42,358 nucleotides of DNA from a virus (taxonomy: Duplodnaviria; Caudoviricetes), in the IMG/VR virus record IMGVR_UViG_3300048606_000151, positions 1 through 42,358 of that record, one strand, 5' to 3'. Below, piece by piece: positions 10,801 through 18,604 of the stretch (position 1 is its first letter; each line of letters opens with the position of its first letter). The notes beneath the pieces are model-generated. The model made no database searches. It saw only the letters and a program-made list of their open reading frames with translations, and was not told where the DNA came from. A program made the translations under genes and the position numbers.

Positions 10801-10813
10801 GCACCTGGCTCAT
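4838..10813 (-). CDS. Giant internal virion/DNA ejection protein (large polyvalent protein with zincin motif and LPD38-like C-terminus)
   Basis: 1991 aa, last gene of structural operon; LWHEIWH HExxH and distal EMYAE; YLVVPLG...YLRLPLWE near C-terminus. Confidence 0.75.
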   Translation of the reverse strand: MSQVLDFFRAEDKRFEAVSDERLIQFISDTQPEFLEDKEFLAQYTDLQSSTPSLQPTTQLDPAKPAPPSYGEERALGKDRPYAPDLGEFPLETARRQQQEQRAEAYEQLTARTHSLRQMAGEDPGKLAAVDEAYRQEAAKMGVALLEEKSILQTATKPIVSLRNMLPELPSEMQMPLPTKLKIAYGGVKGLASVADFFLSPLGIATLGIGGLPAATQKLIAGIFAADMALHTPELAAQLGAALGEGDPEKAAELTTAAALNTYFIGKTGGKALEGIQPKANVSKLIGQELLAQIKLTERPEANQAAVEHQAALGGQPVQEMRFPEKAPEGSVFRVFWQDGRAVQHFETLKAATEFAAKEGAEASPVQLVTKTKGMRVQDEAPAPATPAEPTAPNPKARTRPERQPDIIDDITGLVGRKLSLSSAREFREDFKPEKELKKLFAEGGQPLDDALAQLHQQGLYRNIQTEDAFLEAILDAGRIRGGAKSEANREATLLEREETALLAFTEALKPQADPDIKPMHAADLYAGDEFEIRGQPVKVKQMVSDEDTGDVVSVLLEGGAKFGEQWVPADQLLYPDAGTFKSKPVDFATPEPEMPDVLREDSVLANAWNQGHLNSDPNGSTRPIRPITTEPLAAESQATPKAATPELQRGASKPATDPGWKESASPPAANEPTVPARALSAEDSARIANRILERIEEIEQRLKLVRLNAQTWKSQGDNGSQPGRYVDLISEAKYLDGQLDTLETIYQNFKDNPDTRGGTVYASKPSASPGGPLGTGPARAADNPNFTVFPAELPEAVRLARDLLGGKYPKVREVLRALNGRAAGVFRHKDATGEAEIELRRDLFDLPPEIKARLQEEAAQYAKAAAGPGDDVGKIERERFAFLSHEALMENPVLALKVLWHEIWHLVDWLPDHLVTGRGNLLGRIASLKNYLRGTIPEAPGVPDKPITPGERVRLMKEAEKQMRAELGPIEETIKGILVDEPIYRLSGVTPEDVKALLGMSAREQMPELYRWFAEQPADIKKAILKAAMKGMVDERLAAMGKKEQIGTEQVYRTVRMKTGREPTFEEIRERFQKLFREEMLKRRMVELKQIQSELEPLIAWWRGTEKMEDYFKPPAEMYAEAGSIFMNNPAAMAERAPTYWKLLHNYMERKPEVKRLYDEIQDQIRSGTVMKARVEELRESWRRDEERSLKKLEERGKLTSGDLLDNVIYHFDRRFGPVYRAAKGYSREGDLRNAIGNFIYRASEHELFLGRINRDVGARLVKAGLDWMDLGEFMFHRHVIENRAALANPMGWAPKNSLERLAEMRVQYGAGFKTLEEAQARFRAHYEEQVVDLLTRANMFGPELTEAINERTFYATFAAVKDAPTMTIERLLQESFGDATTAHIFRQVGNLGEIKNPATATTLKALSLISAAYKNILKRQTVAMLQEMDPSSILPAKTRWTGKRIEHVVEETGKVGTVVYLDAGKPQAFYVRKAIADSVNQGNPVENLLWLAAVKANAGLKGLFTQLNYAFWPVGFVRDMAGWMMQMPGIATPVYWAKLFPRAMKAANDSLSQRRRNPDAEAALSRKGIISRSDPRGITTAAENEFEARLASFGMDPAQWGAQADKVNGLVRAWNAYRGFGQRFERVHKIAGMLYLDQRFPSMPEWKKREIVRERAGSPDFLQRGASNAYVDLFAMFYNPWKEGIRSLAKSARENPWSFGAKATALIALPTVTQAMAASGWFGKELKDLYASVPDYDVSNYLVVPLGWADRKQQKVAYLRLPLWEPARIAHALLWQGLTSRGQGYASYMGGQVPSANPLIGVAAAWWNFEVSGKNPYDAFLGREILDPNVFEAGGWRARQDLMRWTWNELGGGIVARLRDRPLDIPDDTEMEKFLSLPIVSNFVGRWLKVSNRGIADADRKLTEPLRQQRAQTRVAVRTIIDKVIGREALADSEKMLLRDPYALEYFRNTIVDVMKSRAHPLLRRLDKTESKAEKAVIVEQELKKRQGR

Positions 10814-10817
10814 GAGA

Positions 10818-11036
10818 TCAGGTCTTTGCCTTCCATCGGTTGCGCGACCAGCGTGGAATGCGCAGACAGAAGAACCGCTCCCGAAATTCGACAGTGCCGG
10901 CGGGGTAAAGGACTCGCACTCTCAAATCCGGAATGATCTTGGTGAACCAGTGGAAGGCTGCGTAATAGGTGCAACTCAACGGTCGCCAGTAAGAACTGCT
11001 TGAGTGCGTCCAATCGCTGGTGAAGTCAGGGGCCAT
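10818..11036 (-). CDS. Hypothetical 72-aa protein or gene remnant
   Basis: ATG 11036, fills the gap between two ejection genes; MAPDFTSDWTH start. Confidence 0.35.
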   Translation of the reverse strand: MAPDFTSDWTHSSSSYWRPLSCTYYAAFHWFTKIIPDLRVRVLYPAGTVEFRERFFCLRIPRWSRNRWKAKT

Positions 11037-11041
11037 AGGGA

Positions 11042-11974
11042 TTATTTCCCCCAATCTTTGTACCGCTCCCACGGTGACAGGGGTTTCTTCTCCGGCGCCT
11101 TGGCTCCCTTGCTTCCTTTCCCCTCTTCGGTCTTCTCCTTCTTGCCGCCCAGCAGCTCCGCGATGATCGCCGCCAGCGGATCCTCCGTCTTGCCGATCGC
11201 CAGGTTGTATTGCCGGCGCGCGGCGAGGATGGCGTCGCGTGTTTGCGGGTCCTTGATGGCCGTGATCTTCTCTTTGAACAGGTCGACGTCGTCGGTGACG
11301 ATCCATTCCTCTGCTGGAGCCAGCACCTTGGCTGTCTTCGACGCCGGCGGCACGAGCGAACCGCTCTTGGGCGTCTGCCAGACGAAGTTCAGATTCGGCT
11401 GGCCCGGGACGGGCGTGACGGTACCGGGCCGGCCGTAACGCTCGAAGGCCTCTCCCATCTCGACCACGTCGCGGGTCATCGGCAGGCGTGCCTTCGCCGC
11501 CATTCCGTAGATTTCGTTTGGCTCGATCGCCGCGGCCGTCAAGGGCTCGCCGCTCGGCGTCGGACCTTCGGGGGGTGTCATCCGTGCTTGCATTAATTCA
11601 CTGAAGCGCGCCTGGCCGGCTGCCGTTTTCTTCTGCTCTCCCACGTGGAACTCCAGCGCGTTGATCTGTTGCTCGCTGAGTTGGTTCTGCAGCTTCAATT
11701 GCTTCAGCACGCCGGCGGCCTTCAATCCATCGAGGGTGCCTTTGAGCGTGTCAGTGTCGGAATTCTTGAGCGCTTCCCATTGCTCCTCCTTCATTTCTCC
11801 GGCGGTCACCATCGCCTCGCCCAGTCCCATGTAGGCTTTGCGCTCCTTGCTCTTCTTCTGAAAACCCTCGATTGCGCCCTTCGCTCCCTCCGCGATCGCG
11901 CTGCCGGCCTGGCTGATGCCCGCGTACATGAACTGGCCGGCGAGATCCGGATTGGCGTGTGGTGAGAATGGCAT
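11042..11974 (-). CDS. Putative ejection/internal virion protein
   Basis: G/A/Q-rich N-terminus, helical; position before the giant ejection gene. Confidence 0.6.
   Translation of the reverse strand: MPFSPHANPDLAGQFMYAGISQAGSAIAEGAKGAIEGFQKKSKERKAYMGLGEAMVTAGEMKEEQWEALKNSDTDTLKGTLDGLKAAGVLKQLKLQNQLSEQQINALEFHVGEQKKTAAGQARFSELMQARMTPPEGPTPSGEPLTAAAIEPNEIYGMAAKARLPMTRDVVEMGEAFERYGRPGTVTPVPGQPNLNFVWQTPKSGSLVPPASKTAKVLAPAEEWIVTDDVDLFKEKITAIKDPQTRDAILAARRQYNLAIGKTEDPLAAIIAELLGGKKEKTEEGKGSKGAKAPEKKPLSPWERYKDWGK
11104..11127. repeat. Degenerate 8-mer array within coding sequence
   Basis: ctcccttg cttccttt cccctctt, encodes EGKGSKGA. Confidence 0.4.
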
Positions 11975-11983
11975 AATTCAACA

Positions 11984-12053
11984 AAGGCTGAAGGCTGAAG
12001 GCTGAAGGCTGAAGTTTCTGACTTTAGAATTTAGCATTTAGACTTTGGCCTTT
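11984..12053. repeat. Heptamer array A (bipartite, inverted halves)
   Basis: (AAGGCTG)4 at 11984-12011 followed by ttctgac tttagaa tttagca tttagac tttggcc. Confidence 0.9.
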
Positions 12054-12058
12054 CTTCA

Positions 12059-12307
12059 TCAGTCCCTCTTGTGCTCGGGTTCACTGCCATCCGTTTGGGT
12101 GGCGCTGCGCTCCGTGACCCGCTCCGGTGTGTTCATCACGGTTTCGAAGGCGAGCTCCAGATTGCGGGCGGCCTGGAGCAGGCTGGACCGTACGATGCCC
12201 AGGTATCTTTGGGCCTGGAGATTGTCGAGCGGCTCCAACGATTCCAGCATCGAGCGGATCCGTTGGGCCATTTCATCGAGCCGTTTGGCTTTCTCCACGG
12301 GCTTCAT
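12059..12307 (-). CDS. Hypothetical helical protein
   Basis: ATGA-coupled start MKPVEKAKRL at 12307. Confidence 0.6.
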   Translation of the reverse strand: MKPVEKAKRLDEMAQRIRSMLESLEPLDNLQAQRYLGIVRSSLLQAARNLELAFETVMNTPERVTERSATQTDGSEPEHKRD

Positions 12308-13245
12308 TGCATCAGCTCCGTTTTCGTGTGGCGCAGGTGCGTCCAGATCCGGCGCGCCATCCACCAGCGCACGAGCGTCTTGGCACGCGGTTTATCGTGC
12401 AGCCATCGCGCGCAGAGCTCGCCGCAGTGCAGATACAACCAGCGCAACCAGGCGGGCGCCTCCATCAGTAACCATCCCTGGAAGAGCTGCCACAGGGCGC
12501 TTCGCTCGCCGAACACTTCCCGCGCGACCCAGCACGCGCCGGCTCCGGCACTCGCGCCGCTGCTCACGATCTGGCCGATCGCGCCGATCAACGCCGCATT
12601 GACCGCCGCGTTGTAATTGCGCGTGGAGATCTTGTCCGTCCAGCCCGCGTTGAAATTCGTGTTGGCCACGTCCGCCGCGTAGGGCGTGAAGGGTGTGGCC
12701 TGCGGCGGTGTCGGCACCTGGCCGAAGACGGATTGCAACGCGGCGCCGCTGGCCTGCTGGTTGCGGGCCTGGTCGAAGCTCAGCACGCCCTGGGCGAATT
12801 GGCGTCGATTGGCCTTCAAGGTCTCGCCCGCGGTGCCCAGGGTCATGACTTCCTGTGTCAGGTCGTTGGGACTGAAACCAAATCCGCGCGCCGCCTGGCC
12901 GCTGCGGGTGTATTGTTCCGCCTCGCGCCGCATTGAGGGTGTGAGAGAGGATCCTGCCGCCAGCTCTTCGGAGGCCTGGGTGTTGAGCTCGTCATACAGC
13001 CGTTTGCTCTCCGGTGTGTCGGAGAGTTCCCGGATCGTCTTGGTCAGGTCCGGACCGTATTTGCCCACGAGTTCCTGTGACAATCCCGCGTAACGGTTGG
13101 CGGAGCCCCGCTCGATTTCGAACTCCTGGGGAAAGAGCTGCTCGTAGGCGGACAGCGTGTCCTTCCCCTCCTGCAACACCGAACGCGGTTTCGGAGCGTC
13201 CGGTTCGTCCTTCTCGAGTGCGCCCGTGGCAAGTAGTAAGCCCAT
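12304..13245 (-). CDS. Putative ejection/pilot protein with C-terminal CWVAREVFG domain
   Basis: A/Q-rich body, hydrophobic G/A segment, then CWVAREVFG...APAWLRWLY...KPRAK. Confidence 0.65.
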   Translation of the reverse strand: MGLLLATGALEKDEPDAPKPRSVLQEGKDTLSAYEQLFPQEFEIERGSANRYAGLSQELVGKYGPDLTKTIRELSDTPESKRLYDELNTQASEELAAGSSLTPSMRREAEQYTRSGQAARGFGFSPNDLTQEVMTLGTAGETLKANRRQFAQGVLSFDQARNQQASGAALQSVFGQVPTPPQATPFTPYAADVANTNFNAGWTDKISTRNYNAAVNAALIGAIGQIVSSGASAGAGACWVAREVFGERSALWQLFQGWLLMEAPAWLRWLYLHCGELCARWLHDKPRAKTLVRWWMARRIWTHLRHTKTELMQ

Positions 13246-13247
13246 GA

Positions 13248-13637
13248 TTATCGCAGTCCTTTGAGCCACATGCCGACCTCGGCCAGGCGACGATAGCCAA
13301 ACCGTTCCATCACTTCACGGAACGGGCTGGTGGTCGGCAGGAGCAACAGGAGTTGATCCCAGCCAGGCGTGTTCATCTTCATGCGACACATGTTTTCGAT
13401 TTGATTGAAGATGAGGGCGCTGTCACGCGGTCCGATCCGCTCGCTGTGAAACCAGCCCTGGAAGGTGGGGGTTGAGTTGAGGCCGATGTAACCGGCCAGC
13501 TCGCCGCCTTTCTCGATCACGAAGGTGGGGGCCAGCACCAAATGATTGTCCTCCGCGGCCGCCGTTACCAGACGTTCCAGATCCTTGTCATCGCGGACCG
13601 GCCGCAACACGGGCAGATGTTCGGTCAGGTCGTTCAT
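13248..13637 (-). CDS. Acetyltransferase-fold virion assembly protein (putative)
   Basis: FVIEKGGELAGYIG...VMERFGYRR GNAT-like pattern; typical position before ejection genes; ATGA overlap. Confidence 0.5.
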   Translation of the reverse strand: MNDLTEHLPVLRPVRDDKDLERLVTAAAEDNHLVLAPTFVIEKGGELAGYIGLNSTPTFQGWFHSERIGPRDSALIFNQIENMCRMKMNTPGWDQLLLLLPTTSPFREVMERFGYRRLAEVGMWLKGLR

Positions 13638-14380
13638 AGAGTGTATCCGCCAATCGTGATCGCCTTGACGTCGGAGATTTCGTTGTATCGGTGGTACAAG
13701 GTTTGGGGATTCCACAAGGGCACTTCGAAGTAACCTCCGACAGTGGCGAGGACGTTTTGGTAGTGACTCACCACCACGGCGCCCAGGTCATTCGGATCCC
13801 CGGCGAGGGTGCCCGTGATGATGCCGGCTGTGGTTCTCGAAAGACTGACCGAGCCCGACGCGGTCCGCGCCAGGGTGGGCACGGCCGTGGCGATCGAGAG
13901 CGCCGCATACGCCACGGCTCCCACTCCGCCAAAGACAGCCACCGGCACACACCAGGCCCGCCGATCGGCCTGCCACATCCGGCGCAAATTGCTGCCGGCA
14001 TCGTTATATGCGGCGCCGACCAGCGCGCGGAATTCGAATCCGGCCGGCAACGCCGGTGTCGTGGTGCTGAGTGAAAGCAAAGTGCCCACGTCCCGGCCAT
14101 TGCCCACGGCCCACACGTAATACCACGTCCCGGCTGCCTCGATGAATCCATCGCGGCCCCCGATCCCGCTCACAGTGATGTCCGCACTCGCGATGACGGC
14201 CTCAGCCAACTGATGAAGGCCCCCTTCGGATTTCAAAATGATTTCGTCCGCGGTGAGGTTGAGCTTCGTGTTCGGCGTGCTGCTGTGGCTCTGAAGGATC
14301 AACCCGCGTGAAGCGCCCAACACGGCTGCCGGCAAGAGCTGATCCGGACCGGGCGGAAAATATAAGAGACCGTTGTTCAT
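13634..14380 (-). CDS. Tail fibre/spike-related protein
   Basis: Beta-rich, TWYYVWAV...LSLSTTTPALPAGF pattern; in tail module. Confidence 0.6.
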   Translation of the reverse strand: MNNGLLYFPPGPDQLLPAAVLGASRGLILQSHSSTPNTKLNLTADEIILKSEGGLHQLAEAVIASADITVSGIGGRDGFIEAAGTWYYVWAVGNGRDVGTLLSLSTTTPALPAGFEFRALVGAAYNDAGSNLRRMWQADRRAWCVPVAVFGGVGAVAYAALSIATAVPTLARTASGSVSLSRTTAGIITGTLAGDPNDLGAVVVSHYQNVLATVGGYFEVPLWNPQTLYHRYNEISDVKAITIGGYTL

Positions 14381-14422
14381 TTGGTTGGTTGGCGCGCAGC
14401 GCAGTGGCCGGCACGCCAGTGC

Positions 14423-14833
14423 CTAGTAGTCGCCGCCGTATGCGATCACGGTCACCGCGTCATTCGCTCCGGCCACGCTCAGTGTGGCGCGCAAGGTCCA
14501 GCCGGCGGGGAGCACGAGCCCGTTCGTGAAATAGACCGTCTGCTGTGCGCCCTTCACGGTGGCTGACGGCGTCACGGCGGGCAGTTCCAGTTCGCGCAAC
14601 AAGCGCGCCGTGGTACCGTCGAACAACCAGAGGCGCGTCACGCGCGCCGCCGCGGCGCCGCCTTCGGCGGCCGAGGCCATCACATCCACGCGATCAATCC
14701 GTGAACCGTTTGCGCCCGCGGTGAAGACCAGGTCGCCCGGCGCGGGCACGATCGTATCGCGTGCCATGCTTGCCGCGGTGAGTCGTTGCATTCCGATGTT
14801 CGGTGCGGTGCTGAATTGAGGGGTGGTGGCCAT
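14423..14833 (-). CDS. Tail-associated structural protein
   Basis: RBS AAGGA-ATTATG; VFTAGANGSRID...GLVLPAGWTL...YGGDY. Confidence 0.6.
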   Translation of the reverse strand: MATTPQFSTAPNIGMQRLTAASMARDTIVPAPGDLVFTAGANGSRIDRVDVMASAAEGGAAAARVTRLWLFDGTTARLLRELELPAVTPSATVKGAQQTVYFTNGLVLPAGWTLRATLSVAGANDAVTVIAYGGDY

Positions 14834-14842
14834 AATTCCTTT

Positions 14843-15238
14843 CTACGCGAATTTGAAGTAACTGAACAAATCGTTGCCGGGGTTGAGCGCGCTGGGAGTG
14901 GCCCACTGTCCGTCGCCGCGCAGGAACTGGCTGACGTTGGCTGTTCCGGGAGCGGGCACGGCGCCGGACTCGCCGGCGACGCTGGCTGTGGCGCCCAGCA
15001 TCGTCCCGAGATCTCCGCGCCGCACCTTGATCGTCCCGCTCGGTTCCCACTTGCCCGTCACTGCGTTCCAGACGAGCGCCTGGCCGGTCACGGTGGCCAC
15101 GGTGGGACTGAAATCATCGAGATTGGCGGTACTACCGTGGACCGTCACGCTGGGTAGCGACGCCGCGCGCAGTTCATCGAGGCCGACCTCTACTCCCGGC
15201 GGAAAATCGTACCCTGGTGCAATGACGACGATAAACAT
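14843..15238 (-). CDS. Short tail fibre/connector protein
   Basis: GQALVWNAVTGKW and GATASVAGESGAVPAP...FLRGDGQWATP fibre repeat motifs. Confidence 0.65.
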   Translation of the reverse strand: MFIVVIAPGYDFPPGVEVGLDELRAASLPSVTVHGSTANLDDFSPTVATVTGQALVWNAVTGKWEPSGTIKVRRGDLGTMLGATASVAGESGAVPAPGTANVSQFLRGDGQWATPSALNPGNDLFSYFKFA

Positions 15239-15270
15239 TTTAGAATTTAACCTTCAGCCTTCAGAATTGG
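15239..15270. repeat. Heptamer array B, fills the whole intergenic gap
   Basis: tttagaa tttaacc ttcagcc ttcagaa ttgg between ATG (15238) and upstream stop (15271). Confidence 0.85.
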
Positions 15271-17808
15271 TTATGCGTGTACTCCAAAACGCCGGCTGGC
15301 CAGGATCGCTTCAAGCGCCATGCTCTTGATGCGGATGCGGCCCTGTCGGTTGGTGATTTTGATGCGGGCGTGTTTTCCCCGGCCGGACACCTGGAGCCGT
15401 TCGGGGATCTCCTGGAAGAAATCCGGATCAATCTTTGTGTCGAGGAACGTGCCGTCGGTCGGCTGCAGGAGCCAGGTGTAATCCTCCCGATAGGGCGGCA
15501 TGTAATCCCCGTTGATGTTGCTGGGCACGAAATCCGCCTTGTCATGGGGCCGGAAATATTTCAGCGGGTCGCGGGTCCGGAAAGAGACGATCCGCACGGA
15601 TTCATGGGCGCCATCCAGCAACAGGTCGATGGTGTAGTTCGGATGATAGCTGGCCAGGCTCAGCAGCAGACGCAGGAACGATTTCGGTTCCACGATATTG
15701 AAGTGGTAACCGCGGCTGATGAATTCAGAGACGACCGGTTCGCGATAGATCTGCGCGACCTGCAGCAGCTCGATGCCGGCATCGGCCCCGCTCGTCGCGT
15801 ACAGGCTTGGTTGGTCGCCGCGGAGGTAGCGGAAGCGCACCGTGCTCTTGGTGATGCGGGTGACCTCGTGTTCCGGCGCGCTCCAGGGTGTTAAGGCATC
15901 GGCGCGCCAACCGCCCGGGCCGGCGATCGCGCCCCAGAAGTTCAATCGCGCCAGGGTGGTGTTGGCCGGGTTGCCAATGCCCCAGTTGGCTCCGGCGTTG
16001 GCCGTGCTCAGCGTGGCCGCGGCCTGCGTTCCTCCTTGAATCTGAAACCACCAGCCTGGCGCGGGCGGCGCGATGACGCGTAGTTCCGTGGCGTCGGGTT
16101 GCTCGGCCAGGATGTTTTCGTCGTTTGTGCCCTCCTCGTAGAGATTCATGAAGCCGTCGTGCGAGAAGTAGATCAATCGCGGCCGGCCGTGCGCGGGGGC
16201 CATGGTCCAATCCTTCACCTGCAGCACCTCGCTCTGGTCGTGGCCGCTCCAGCGCTGGTTTTGGAAGTCGTAGATCAGCACCGCATTGTTCACACCTTTG
16301 AAGATCGGCTGGAACGTGGCCGTGATGGGGGTCGCCGCGGTGCCGAACAATTCCACCATGCCAAAGACTCCGTTGGTCATGTCTCCGGACTGGGTCAGGA
16401 ACACCTGCCCGAGATCCTCGACGACCAGCGCCAACGGTGTGCCGGTGAAGGTGACGCTTTCGCTCTGCGCCGTGAAGGTTTGCTGTCCGCCGCTGGCCAG
16501 GAGCGTTTCCGTCCCGTTGACGAGGCTCGTGGAGCTGCCGGGTTTCCATCGGTAGGTCTTGGCCGCGGTGACGATGTTGGGCAGGGCGCGCTGTCCCGCG
16601 CCGTCGTAGAAACCGGTGATGCCGCGGATCTCTGCCACGCCGCCGTCGTTGGCTCCTTTGATCCAGCGATACTTCCGGCCGGGAATGACTTTCAGCTTGT
16701 AGCTGCCGCTGCCGTCATAGACCACTCCAGCGCTCAACAGCGATCGCTTCACCACTTCAGCCGCGTCGATCGGCAGCGCCAGGTAAAACCGGTTCTGCCA
16801 GTAGGCGGCCACGGCCTGGTCGGCGTAGCGCCAGTTGATGCGGTCGATGATTCCCTGCGCGTCCTGGCTCACGGGCACGTCGAGGCCCTGGATCTTGTTT
16901 TGTTCGGTCAGGGTGATCGAGCAGATCCCGCGTTTGTCACCCAGGAACCAGAGGTCCTTGCCGACCGCCACGATGCTGCGCGCCGCTTTCAGTCCATACT
17001 CGCTCGTGATTTCGTACAGGGTTGCGCCGGAGAGATCGCCCGTAAGATTGCCGATCGCATACACGCTCTGTTCCTTGAAGGCGATCAGTGTGGTCTCGTT
17101 GAACCGGCCCAGGGCCACGAGCTTGTCGCTCGATCCCTGGTTGATGCGGAAGGCGGCGCGGATCGGCGAATAGCGCGTGTAATTCAGATAATCACTGGCC
17201 GCCACCAGGTCGCGGCCGTAGGGAATGAACACCCGGTTCTGGAAGAACAGCCCGCGGTCCGCGTTCGGGATTGCTTCGGTGCCGTCGATCGGATTTTCAC
17301 TCGTCGCGCCGGTCACCGCGTTGGGCTGTTGGGTGATGTTCTTGAATCCTTCCTCGATGCGTTCCATCACGAGCTCTGGCATGCCCGGACCGCGGAACAT
17401 GAGCATCACGTGAAAGCATTGGGTGAAGGTGATCGGGTTGAGGATGGTGATGCCGGCGGGCAAAGGCAGCGTCACGGGCGGCTGTCCTTCCCGGCAGAGA
17501 TACACCTGGCCGTCGGCCGCCACCACGTCCCAATCGACGCCGTTGGGATCTTTGAATTTGGCGGTGCCGTAGATCGTGCCGTAGGGCTGGATGAAGCGCT
17601 GCGGGGCCGGGTTCATCCAGTTCAGCTTGCGGATGCCCTTGCGCGATTCCGGTTCGCCGTGGCTGAACCGGTAATTGATCGCACCTGAGCACAGGCCCGG
17701 CTCGAGCTGCGCGGGGTCCAGGCGATTGTTGACGCCGAGCCAGCCCTTGTCCCCGTCCACGAGTGGAGGCGTCTGCACTTGCAATCCGGTCTGTCGGTAG
17801 CGGCCCAT
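15271..17808 (-). CDS. Tail nozzle / DNA stabilisation protein (tail tubular B-like)
   Basis: 845 aa beta-propeller-like; podovirus position; GVNNRLDP...LIAFKEQSVY...NRFYLALP. Confidence 0.7.
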   Translation of the reverse strand: MGRYRQTGLQVQTPPLVDGDKGWLGVNNRLDPAQLEPGLCSGAINYRFSHGEPESRKGIRKLNWMNPAPQRFIQPYGTIYGTAKFKDPNGVDWDVVAADGQVYLCREGQPPVTLPLPAGITILNPITFTQCFHVMLMFRGPGMPELVMERIEEGFKNITQQPNAVTGATSENPIDGTEAIPNADRGLFFQNRVFIPYGRDLVAASDYLNYTRYSPIRAAFRINQGSSDKLVALGRFNETTLIAFKEQSVYAIGNLTGDLSGATLYEITSEYGLKAARSIVAVGKDLWFLGDKRGICSITLTEQNKIQGLDVPVSQDAQGIIDRINWRYADQAVAAYWQNRFYLALPIDAAEVVKRSLLSAGVVYDGSGSYKLKVIPGRKYRWIKGANDGGVAEIRGITGFYDGAGQRALPNIVTAAKTYRWKPGSSTSLVNGTETLLASGGQQTFTAQSESVTFTGTPLALVVEDLGQVFLTQSGDMTNGVFGMVELFGTAATPITATFQPIFKGVNNAVLIYDFQNQRWSGHDQSEVLQVKDWTMAPAHGRPRLIYFSHDGFMNLYEEGTNDENILAEQPDATELRVIAPPAPGWWFQIQGGTQAAATLSTANAGANWGIGNPANTTLARLNFWGAIAGPGGWRADALTPWSAPEHEVTRITKSTVRFRYLRGDQPSLYATSGADAGIELLQVAQIYREPVVSEFISRGYHFNIVEPKSFLRLLLSLASYHPNYTIDLLLDGAHESVRIVSFRTRDPLKYFRPHDKADFVPSNINGDYMPPYREDYTWLLQPTDGTFLDTKIDPDFFQEIPERLQVSGRGKHARIKITNRQGRIRIKSMALEAILASRRFGVHA

Positions 17809-17811
17809 GTG

Positions 17812-18318
17812 CTATTTCCCGAAATCCTTCTTCGCCATGACGGTGGCGTTGTGGTTGACGAGTTTGTTCAACTTCTTCTCCACGCCGGTGGCGGTGGCGA
17901 TCCGCTGGATCGTGGTTTTCACGTCCGCATTGTTGGGGCTCGCTTCGATGCCGGCGATGAGGGCCGGGACGACTGCGGCCTCGGCGCTCTTGCGTTTGGC
18001 GAACCAGGTGAGTCCGGCGGTGGTGAGGGTGAGCACCGTTCCCACAACCGTGCCCCACGGCGCGGGCAGGATCTGTTGCCCGATCTGCTGTCCGGTCCGG
18101 ATCGCGTTGTTGATGCCGGGGTTCACCTCGTACGTGACCTGGCCCAGCTCGTTGGTCGCCACGGGCACGAACAGTGGTTTCTTCCCGTCTGGCGTCGAGG
18201 CGCAGCCGGCCAGCACGAGCAGGCAGAGAAGAAAAGGAGCAGAGGCGAAAGGGCGAGAGCAGATTTCCCTGCTCCCTTTCCCCTTTTCTCCTCCGCCCCT
18301 TTTCAAGTTGGGTTTCAC
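17812..18318 (-). CDS. Lipoprotein with additional hydrophobic segment (possible lysis/spanin-like role)
   Basis: Lipobox LAGC; PWGTVVGTVLTLTTAGLTWF; GTG start. Confidence 0.6.
   Translation of the reverse strand: MKPNLKRGGGEKGKGSREICSRPFASAPFLLCLLVLAGCASTPDGKKPLFVPVATNELGQVTYEVNPGINNAIRTGQQIGQQILPAPWGTVVGTVLTLTTAGLTWFAKRKSAEAAVVPALIAGIEASPNNADVKTTIQRIATATGVEKKLNKLVNHNATVMAKKDFGK
18231..18304. repeat. Inverted 8-mer array within lipoprotein signal region
   Basis: gaaaagga gcagaggc gaaagggc gagagcag / ctgctccc tttcccct tttctcct ccgcccct tttc. Confidence 0.75.
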
Positions 18319-18320
18319 GA

Positions 18321-18575
18321 CTAGACGACCGGCACGGGCACGCGCAGGCTCTGCAGTTTCCCCGCCAGCGCATCGCCGCGGCGGATGAGATCCTCCACCA
18401 GCTTGATCTGCCTGGGTTTGTCTTCGACCGGCAGCTTCAGTTCCGCGAGCAGAGTCGTGAGGGTGAAGTTGAAGGTCTCCGCGTCGTCCTGCAGGCTCGC
18501 GACGGTCGAGTTGCCTGGCTTCGGTGCGGCGGCGCGGGTCGGGGTGGATCGGCTGGGTCTTGGTTTTGTTTTCAT
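18321..18575 (-). CDS. Hypothetical protein
   Basis: 84 aa, tightly packed in operon. Confidence 0.55.
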   Translation of the reverse strand: MKTKPRPSRSTPTRAAAPKPGNSTVASLQDDAETFNFTLTTLLAELKLPVEDKPRQIKLVEDLIRRGDALAGKLQSLRVPVPVV

Positions 18576-18604
18576 GGTTTGGATTTGGAGTTGTCAGGGA
18601 ATCA

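Noticed and set aside
4838-10813. N4-like virion RNA polymerase
   Set aside because: No polymerase catalytic motifs recognised and the protein is much shorter
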